A stretch of DNA of 58,761 nucleotides, filler included, from Actinomycetales bacterium (GTDB taxonomy: Bacteria; Actinomycetota; Actinomycetes; Actinomycetales; CAVURS01), in the NCBI GenBank assembly GCA_045807245.1. It is 4 parts of 4 records of this genome, joined end to end, with 100 filler letters (N's around TTAATTAATTAA, not from the genome) between each part and the next. Parts side by side here need not be neighbours in the genome. Positions count along the whole stretch, not along the records: positions 48,856 to 58,761 come from JBJMHS010000074.1; 3 more parts are not named here. One strand, given 5' to 3'. Position 1 is the stretch's first letter, and every line of letters begins with the position of its first letter. Both the position numbers and the translations under genes were made by a program. The notes beneath the pieces were generated by a model. The model was not told the origin of the DNA and ran no database searches. It worked only from the letters and a program-made list of their open reading frames with translations. Positions 52,688-58,761 of this stretch are shown in pieces.

Positions 52688-53365
52688 ATGCGCGCATTGG
52701 TTGTCGAGGACGAGGCCGGGCTGGCCGACACCTTGCGCCGGGGCTTGACGGCCGACGGCTTCGCCGTCCAGGTCGTCCACAACGGTGAGGACGCGATATG
52801 GGCGGCAACCGAGAACAGCTTCGACGTGATGGTCCTGGACATCATGCTGCCGCGGGTGAACGGCTACCAGGTGGTGGAGCGGCTCCGCGCCAGCGGCAAC
52901 TGGACGCCGATCCTGATGCTGACGGCCAAGGACGGCGACTACGACCAGACCGACGCGTTCGACCTCGGCGCGGACGACTACCTGACCAAGCCGTTCAGCT
53001 TCATCGTGCTCACGGCCCGGCTGCGGGCGCTGATCCGCCGGGGTGCTCCCGAGCGGCCCGTCGTCCTGTCGGCCGGTGACCTGACCCTCGACCCGGCTCG
53101 CCGTCGCGTCCAGCGGGGCAAGGAGCTGCTCGCGCTGACCCCCCGCGAGTTCGCGCTGCTCGAGTACCTGTTCCGGCACGTCGGCGACGTCGTCACGAAG
53201 ACCCAGATCCTCGACGCGGTGTGGGACCCGGCCTTCGAAGGGGAGCCGAACATCATCGAGGTCTACGTGCGCTACCTGCGCCGCAAGATCGACCTTCCCT
53301 TCGGGCGCAACGCCATCCAGACGGTCCGCGGCATGGGCTACCGGCTGGATCCGGACGGGGGCTGA
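52688..53365 (+). CDS. OmpR-family response regulator
   Basis: LVVEDE, VLDIMLP, MLTAK, GADDYLTKPF, QTVRGMGYRL; paralog of 8008-8685. Confidence 0.95.
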   Translation: MRALVVEDEAGLADTLRRGLTADGFAVQVVHNGEDAIWAATENSFDVMVLDIMLPRVNGYQVVERLRASGNWTPILMLTAKDGDYDQTDAFDLGADDYLTKPFSFIVLTARLRALIRRGAPERPVVLSAGDLTLDPARRRVQRGKELLALTPREFALLEYLFRHVGDVVTKTQILDAVWDPAFEGEPNIIEVYVRYLRRKIDLPFGRNAIQTVRGMGYRLDPDGG

Positions 53366-53373
53366 CCCGTCTC

Positions 53374-54801
53374 CTAGGGCCGGGCCGCCGACCGGGGGAC
53401 CAGTGGTAGCTCGACCTCGACCCGACAGCCCAGGCCGTCGCCGTCCGGCAGCCCGTCGGCGATGCGTACGCTGCCCGCGTGGGCCAGCACGATCTCGCGA
53501 ACGATCGACAGGCCCAGGCCACTCCCTCCACTCCCCCGCTCCCGGCTCACGTCCAGGCGGACGAACCGCTCGAAGACGTGGTCGCGCTGGTCCGGCGGCA
53601 CGCCGGGTCCGTCGTCCTCGACGACGATGCGCGCGCGGCCGCGGCCCTCGTCGACGGTGAGCCGCACGGTGGAGTGCGCATGCCGAGCCGCGTTGTCCGC
53701 CAGGTTCGTCACCGCCTGCCCCAGCCGGGCCCGGTCTCCGGTCACGCGCACCGGCCGGATTTGCGGCACCACCCGCAGCCGGGGGTGGGTCCGCAGCCGA
53801 CGCACCTCGGCGTCGATCAGGTCGTCGAGGTCGACGTCCTCCACGTTGAGCCGCATGCCGTGCTCGTCCACCTTGGCCAGCAGGAGCAGGTCCTCGACCA
53901 GGCGGTTCATCCGGTTGACCTCGCGGGCCATCACGGGCGACAGCTCCGTCCAGGTCGCACCGGTGCGGTCGGACGCGGCCAGCTCCATCGACGCGGCGAG
54001 GGTGGCGAGGGGGCTCCGCAGCTCGTGACTGCTGTCCGCGACGAAGCGGCGCTGGGTCTGCTGCGCCGCGTCCAGCCGGGCCAGCATGTCGTTCATCGTC
54101 TCGGCCAGCCGCTCGATCTCGTCACCTGAGGCGGGTACCGGGATCCGTTCCAGTACAGCGGACCCGCCGATCTCGCCGACTCGCGTGCGGATCCGTTCGA
54201 CCGGCCGCAAGGCCCGGCCGACCAGCCACCAGGTGGCACCTCCGACCAGGAAGAGCAGGACCGGAAGTCCCACCAGCAACAGCACCAGAGCCGTGCGGAC
54301 CGACTCCTGCTGGGCGCTGATCGGAGTCGCCACCACCACGCGGAAGTAGCTCCCGCCGTACTGGACGCCCGCCACGACCACGAGGTAGGGGTCGTCGTCG
54401 TCGAGCAGGGTGAGACGGCTGGACCGGACGTCCTGGGTCTGTCCGGGCGCCGGCCTGAGCGAGCTCAGTGCGCGCAACCGCGCCCGGTCACTCGTCGCGG
54501 AGACGACGTGACCGGCACCGTCGACGACCTGGACGATCTGCGTGCCCCGCGACCCGGCGAGGTCGGCGCCGAGCCCGCCGACTCCCTCCTGCCCGATCTG
54601 GGCAGCGACCTCGTTCGCGCGGGCGTTCGCGTCGGACTGGACAGTCGAGATGAGCTCACGCTGCAGGAGGACGACGAACGCGGCGGCACCGACCGCCAGA
54701 GCGACGGCGACGACCGCCACGGCGGCCAGGGCCGACCGGCCGCGCACCCCGCGGTGCAGTCGCTGCGGCGCCATGCCCAAGTACCTCACGAACTGCCTCA
54801 C
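53374..54801 (-). CDS. HAMP-domain sensor histidine kinase
   Basis: DSSHELRSPL, NLADNA, EDDGPG, GSGLGLSI; start 54801 or 54774. Confidence 0.93.
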   Translation of the reverse strand: MRQFVRYLGMAPQRLHRGVRGRSALAAVAVVAVALAVGAAAFVVLLQRELISTVQSDANARANEVAAQIGQEGVGGLGADLAGSRGTQIVQVVDGAGHVVSATSDRARLRALSSLRPAPGQTQDVRSSRLTLLDDDDPYLVVVAGVQYGGSYFRVVVATPISAQQESVRTALVLLLVGLPVLLFLVGGATWWLVGRALRPVERIRTRVGEIGGSAVLERIPVPASGDEIERLAETMNDMLARLDAAQQTQRRFVADSSHELRSPLATLAASMELAASDRTGATWTELSPVMAREVNRMNRLVEDLLLLAKVDEHGMRLNVEDVDLDDLIDAEVRRLRTHPRLRVVPQIRPVRVTGDRARLGQAVTNLADNAARHAHSTVRLTVDEGRGRARIVVEDDGPGVPPDQRDHVFERFVRLDVSRERGSGGSGLGLSIVREIVLAHAGSVRIADGLPDGDGLGCRVEVELPLVPRSAARP

Positions 54802-54832
54802 TAGGGACGACGCGGCGCCGGTGGATCCGGTG

Positions 54833-54866
54833 AAGGTACGGCGCGTGCCCTGAGCCCGCGCTGAGA
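54833..54866 (-). promoter_or_regulatory. Tandem hexamer site plus -10 of the kinase gene
   Basis: Minus strand TCTCAG-N5-GCTCAG-N11-TACCTT. Confidence 0.6.
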
Positions 54867-54934
54867 AGGCGCTGCACGCCGTACCGGGTCGGGCTTTGCC
54901 GTGGCTTTGCCCAGTCGGGCCTACCGTCGCCCGG

Positions 54935-55843
54935 GTGCCGCATCTGAACTATCTGGAAGCCGTCGTGGTCGGGGCCTTCCAAGGCATCAGCGAGCTGTTC
55001 CCCGTGTCCAGCCTCGGGCACAGCGTGCTCATCCCGGCCCTGGTGGGCGGCAGCTGGGCCCGCGACCTCGACGTCTCCGCGCCCGAGTCGCCGTACCTGG
55101 CCTTCATCGTCGGGCTGCACGTGGCGACGGCCCTCGCGCTGTTGCTGTTCTTCTGGCGCGACTGGGTGCGGATCATCGGCGGGTTCCTGACCTCGGTGCG
55201 TTACCGCAGGGTCGAGCAGCCGTACGAGCGGCTGGCCTGGTTGCTGGTTCTGGCCACCATCCCGGTCGGCGTCACCGGACTCCTGCTCGAGCACACGTTC
55301 CGGACCACCCTCGGCCGGCCGATGCCGGCCGCCGCCTTCCTGACCGCGAACGGACTGGTCCTCGCCGTCGGGGAACGCCTGCGGCACCGGGCATCTGAGG
55401 GCGTGCCGGCGTACCCGGCGGTGGTCGCCGTCCCGGCCGACGTGGCATCGGACCTGCGGCTGGCCAGCCTGTCCTACGGGCGCGGCACCGTGATCGGCGC
55501 GGCCCAGACGCTGGCGCTGCTCCCGGGGATCAGCCGGTCCGGCGTCACGATGGTGGCCGGCCTGCTGCGCGGCCTGTCGCACGAGGACGCGGCCCGCTTC
55601 TCGTTCCTGCTCGCCACGCCGGTGATCCTGGCCGCCGGCGCGCTGAAGGTGCCCGATCTCGCCGGGCCGCTCGGCGAGGGCATCCGCGGCCAGGTGCTGG
55701 CGGGCAGCGCCGCGTCGTTCGTCACCGCGTATGTGTCGGTCCGGTTCCTCACCCGGTACTTCGTCACCGGCACGCTGCGACCGTTCGCGTGGTACTGCCT
55801 GGTGCTCGGCCTCGCGTCCTTGGCGATCCTCGGCCTGCGCTGA
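54935..55843 (+). CDS. uppP: Undecaprenyl-diphosphate phosphatase (BacA/UppP)
   Basis: QGISELFPVSSLGH, QTLALLPGISRSG, ARFSFLLATP. Confidence 0.93.
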   Translation: MPHLNYLEAVVVGAFQGISELFPVSSLGHSVLIPALVGGSWARDLDVSAPESPYLAFIVGLHVATALALLLFFWRDWVRIIGGFLTSVRYRRVEQPYERLAWLLVLATIPVGVTGLLLEHTFRTTLGRPMPAAAFLTANGLVLAVGERLRHRASEGVPAYPAVVAVPADVASDLRLASLSYGRGTVIGAAQTLALLPGISRSGVTMVAGLLRGLSHEDAARFSFLLATPVILAAGALKVPDLAGPLGEGIRGQVLAGSAASFVTAYVSVRFLTRYFVTGTLRPFAWYCLVLGLASLAILGLR

Positions 55844-55882
55844 GCCCCGACCGACGGCACCGCCTCTGCCGCGAGCGCCGGG

Positions 55883-56746
55883 TCAGACTCCCGCGGCCGT
55901 GACGACGGCGTCCGTGGCGAAGCCGGCCAGCAGCCCCACGAGTACGCCGATCGCCACCAGGTCGGTGCGGCGCGCCTTGGCGGCGATGCCGAGCAGCTGG
56001 ATGACGACATAGGTGATGGAGCCGGCAGCGAGGGTCAGGAAGACCACGCTGACCGGGTCGCTGGTGAAGCTGTGCCCCACCCAGGTGCCGACGAACGTCG
56101 GGCCGCCCCCGATGGCGGCCATGCTGAGCAGGAAGCCCCAGCTCGGCCGGGGTGCGGGCCCGCCGTCACGAGAGGGGCCGGTCAATGGCGCGACGATCCC
56201 GAAGCCCTCCGTGGCGTTGTGCAGGGCGAAGCCGACGACCAGCAAGGTGGCCAGTGCGATGTCGCTGCGAGCCGCCGCCTGACCGATCGCCAGGCCCTCG
56301 GCGAAGTTGTGCAGCCCGATGCCGACCGCGATGAGCAGCGCCAGCTGCTTGGCCTCGGTCCAGTGGGTCTGCCCGGAGGAGACGGCCGGCCGTTCGTCGA
56401 CCGACATGGCACCCACGCCGCGTCGGGCCGAGCCGCGGATCATCCGGCGGTCGTACGCCACCAGGCCGAGCAGGCCGACGGTGAGCCCACCGGCGAACAG
56501 CCCGCCGTACCCGAAGACCGGTCCGAGGCCACCAGCACCCTCGTGCTGCGCGCCGAGGGCCGCGTCGAGCGGCTCCCACGCGGCCGAGAAGACGTCCCAG
56601 AGCAGGAACAGCAGCACGCCGACCGCGACCGCGTTCAGGATGACGCGCAGGTTGGGATGCGGGTTCCGCAGCCGTCCGATCGGCATGCCGAGGACGATCG
56701 TCACGCCGGCGATCAGGCCGAGCAACAAGGTGGTGGGGAGGGACAC
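55883..56746 (-). CDS. ZIP family metal transporter
   Basis: GLHNFAEGLAIG and ALHNATEGFG signature helices. Confidence 0.9.
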   Translation of the reverse strand: MSLPTTLLLGLIAGVTIVLGMPIGRLRNPHPNLRVILNAVAVGVLLFLLWDVFSAAWEPLDAALGAQHEGAGGLGPVFGYGGLFAGGLTVGLLGLVAYDRRMIRGSARRGVGAMSVDERPAVSSGQTHWTEAKQLALLIAVGIGLHNFAEGLAIGQAAARSDIALATLLVVGFALHNATEGFGIVAPLTGPSRDGGPAPRPSWGFLLSMAAIGGGPTFVGTWVGHSFTSDPVSVVFLTLAAGSITYVVIQLLGIAAKARRTDLVAIGVLVGLLAGFATDAVVTAAGV

Positions 56747-56780
56747 CTGGACTCCGGTTCTGCTGTAGGGGCTAGTCCTC

Positions 56781-56799
56781 TTAGGTCAGGCTTACCTAA
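56781..56799. promoter_or_regulatory. IdeR/DtxR iron box
   Basis: TTAGGTCAGGCTTACCTAA; 18/19 match to TWAGGTWAGSCTWACCTWA. Confidence 0.85.
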
Positions 56800-56869
56800 C
56801 TCAGAACAGTAGACGCTGTGCCGCCTCGGCGCTAGTCGCGCCCGTCAATGCCGACACAGCAGCACGGGT

Positions 56870-56903
56870 TCTCATCCAGTTCTCAGGTCCGGCGACCTAC
56901 CGT
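56870..56903 (+). promoter_or_regulatory. Tandem hexamer site plus -10 (likely leaderless)
   Basis: TCTCAT-N5-TCTCAG-N11-TACCGT-N7-ATG(56911). Confidence 0.6.
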
Positions 56904-56910
56904 CGCCGTC

Positions 56911-57117
56911 ATGAGCAACCGCCTCGTCGCGCTGACCTCGGCCGCGAGCGCCATCGTCGTCGCGGCCTACCTGGCCCGGACCCAGCGCCCGGCCACCCGG
57001 CAGCCGGCCCTCAGTGCCGGCGCGGCCGACGGCGGGCCGAGCCCGGACACCGGACCGGAGCTCGAAGCGTTCGGCGTCGAGGAGTTCGAGGGCACCCCGG
57101 CGCAGGCCTCGCCCTGA
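56911..57117 (+). CDS. Small single-TM hypothetical protein (68 aa)
   Basis: MSNRLVALTSAASAIVVAAYLAR hydrophobic N-terminus; promoter motif immediately upstream. Confidence 0.6.
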   Translation: MSNRLVALTSAASAIVVAAYLARTQRPATRQPALSAGAADGGPSPDTGPELEAFGVEEFEGTPAQASP

Positions 57118-57129
57118 CCCGGTCCCCCG

Positions 57130-58695
57130 TCACTCCCACTCGATCGTTCCCGGCGGCTTGCTGGTCACGTCGAGCACGACCCGGTTAACCTCCGGCACCT
57201 CGTTCGTGATCCGGGTCGAGATGCGGGCCAACACGTCGTACGGGACTCGGGTCCAGTCAGCGGTCATCGCGTCCTCGGACGACACCGGTCGCAGCACGAC
57301 CGGGTGCCCGTAGGTGCGGCCGTCACCTTGCACGCCGACCGAGCGCACGTCGGCCAGGAGCACGACCGGGCACTGCCAGATGTCGCGGTCCAGCCCAGCT
57401 GCCGAAAGCTCCTCGCGCGCAACGAGATCCGCTGCCCGCAGGATGGAGAGCCGCTCGGCGGTGACGTCACCGACAATGCGGATGCCGAGCCCCGGACCGG
57501 GGAACGGTTGCCGCCAGACAATGGACTCAGGCACGTCGAGCTGCAGCCCGACGGCGCGGACCTCGTCCTTGAACAGGCGGCGCAGCGGTTCGACCAGCTC
57601 GAACTGCAGGTCGTCCGGCAGCCCGCCCACGTTGTGGTGCGACTTGATCGTGGCCGCACCTTCGCCGCCGCCGGACTCGACGACGTCGGGGTAGAGGGTG
57701 CCCTGCACGAGGAACCGCACCTGCTCGCCGTGCCGGCCGGCCGCCGCCACGATGTCGCGGGCCGCACCCTCGAAGGCCCGGATGAACTCGCGGCCGATGG
57801 CCTTGCGCTTCGCCTCGGGGTCGGTGACGCCGGCCAGCGCCGCGAGGAACTGCCGGCTCGCATCGACGACGACCAGCTCGACACCGGTCGCGGCGACGAA
57901 GTCCTTCTCCACCTGCTCGGCCTCGCCCGCACGGAGCAGGCCGTGGTCGACGAAGACGCAGGTGAGCTGGTCACCCACGGCCCGGTGGACCAGGGCGGCC
58001 GCGACCGAGGAGTCCACGCCACCCGACAGCCCGCAGATGACATGCGCGTCGCCGACCTGCGCTCGGACCTGGTCGACCAGATCCTCGACGACCCCGGCCG
58101 TGGTCCAGTTCGGCGCGATCCGCGCGCCCCGGGTCAAGAAGTTCTCGAGCACCCGCTGTCCGTACGCCGTGTGCACCACCTCGGGGTGCCACTGCACGCC
58201 GTAGAGGTGCCGAGCGTCGTCCTCGAAGGCCGCCACAGGCGAGCCCGCCGAGCGTCCGGTCACCCGGAAGCCCTCCGGCTCCCGGTGCACCGCGTCGCCG
58301 TGGCTCATCCAGACCGACTGCTCGGCCGGCTGCCCGTCGAACAGCGTCGACCCGGCCGGCGAGATCGAGGCGACCGTGCCGCCGTACTCGCGGAGACCGG
58401 TGTTCGCGACGTCGCCACCGAGCGCGAGCGCCATCGCCTGGAACCCGTAACAGATGCCGAGGACCGGGACGCCGGCCTCGAACAGCGAGCGGTCCACCGA
58501 GGGTGCACCCACGGCGTACACGCTGCTGGGCCCCCCGGAGAGGATGATCGCCGCTGGCCGGCGGCCGAGCATCTCCGCGACCGGCGTGGTGTGCGGGACG
58601 ATCTCGCTGTAGACGTCCGCCTCGCGGACCCGGCGGGCGATGAGCTGGGCGTACTGGGCGCCGAAGTCGACGACGAGGACCGGGCCGTCTGCCAT
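57130..58695 (-). CDS. guaA: GMP synthase (glutamine-hydrolysing)
   Basis: [38 protein letters not shown]. Confidence 0.98.
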   Translation of the reverse strand: MADGPVLVVDFGAQYAQLIARRVREADVYSEIVPHTTPVAEMLGRRPAAIILSGGPSSVYAVGAPSVDRSLFEAGVPVLGICYGFQAMALALGGDVANTGLREYGGTVASISPAGSTLFDGQPAEQSVWMSHGDAVHREPEGFRVTGRSAGSPVAAFEDDARHLYGVQWHPEVVHTAYGQRVLENFLTRGARIAPNWTTAGVVEDLVDQVRAQVGDAHVICGLSGGVDSSVAAALVHRAVGDQLTCVFVDHGLLRAGEAEQVEKDFVAATGVELVVVDASRQFLAALAGVTDPEAKRKAIGREFIRAFEGAARDIVAAAGRHGEQVRFLVQGTLYPDVVESGGGEGAATIKSHHNVGGLPDDLQFELVEPLRRLFKDEVRAVGLQLDVPESIVWRQPFPGPGLGIRIVGDVTAERLSILRAADLVAREELSAAGLDRDIWQCPVVLLADVRSVGVQGDGRTYGHPVVLRPVSSEDAMTADWTRVPYDVLARISTRITNEVPEVNRVVLDVTSKPPGTIEWE

Positions 58696-58761
58696 GGGCT
58701 CAGGCTATCTGCCGACCCTGCGCCGGTCGTTCAGCGCGCACCGTCCGGGTGACCTTGCGCT

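Overview
High-GC actinobacterial DNA made of four contigs (1-18116, 18217-39145, 39246-48755, 48856-58761) joined by artificial 100-bp N/TTAATTAATTAA linkers, so adjacency across gaps is not biological. Housekeeping content: pit/DUF47/pstB, tRNA-Gly and tRNA-Pro, tig-clpP1-clpP2-clpX, rho-rpmE-prfA-prmC-tsaC-wecA-like-atpIBEFHA, and guaA. Accessory content: a GGDEF/EAL protein, two paralogous OmpR-type two-component systems, an ABC/LolA-like operon, a LuxR-AAA regulator, an ECF sigma factor, an S53 protease, an RHH-Doc toxin-antitoxin pair, oxidoreductases and GT-C-like membrane proteins. Most notable: (1) a gene for an AbiEi-like/PD-(D/E)XK (DUF559-like) protein enclosed by colinear 101-bp REPIN-like inverted repeats; removing it with one TA copy restores a CTAG holding the overlapping TAG stops of pit and pstB. 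A second, broken family member with its own flanking hairpins lies between prfA and prmC. Together they suggest a transposase-less mobile element family. (2) Five promoters share a TCTCAG-like hexamer-N5-hexamer-N11-(-10) architecture. (3) A candidate structured ncRNA at 11790-11875. (4) A mycobacterial-type Fo module. (5) An IdeR/DtxR box before a ZIP transporter. All calls come from reading motifs by eye; no database searches were run.
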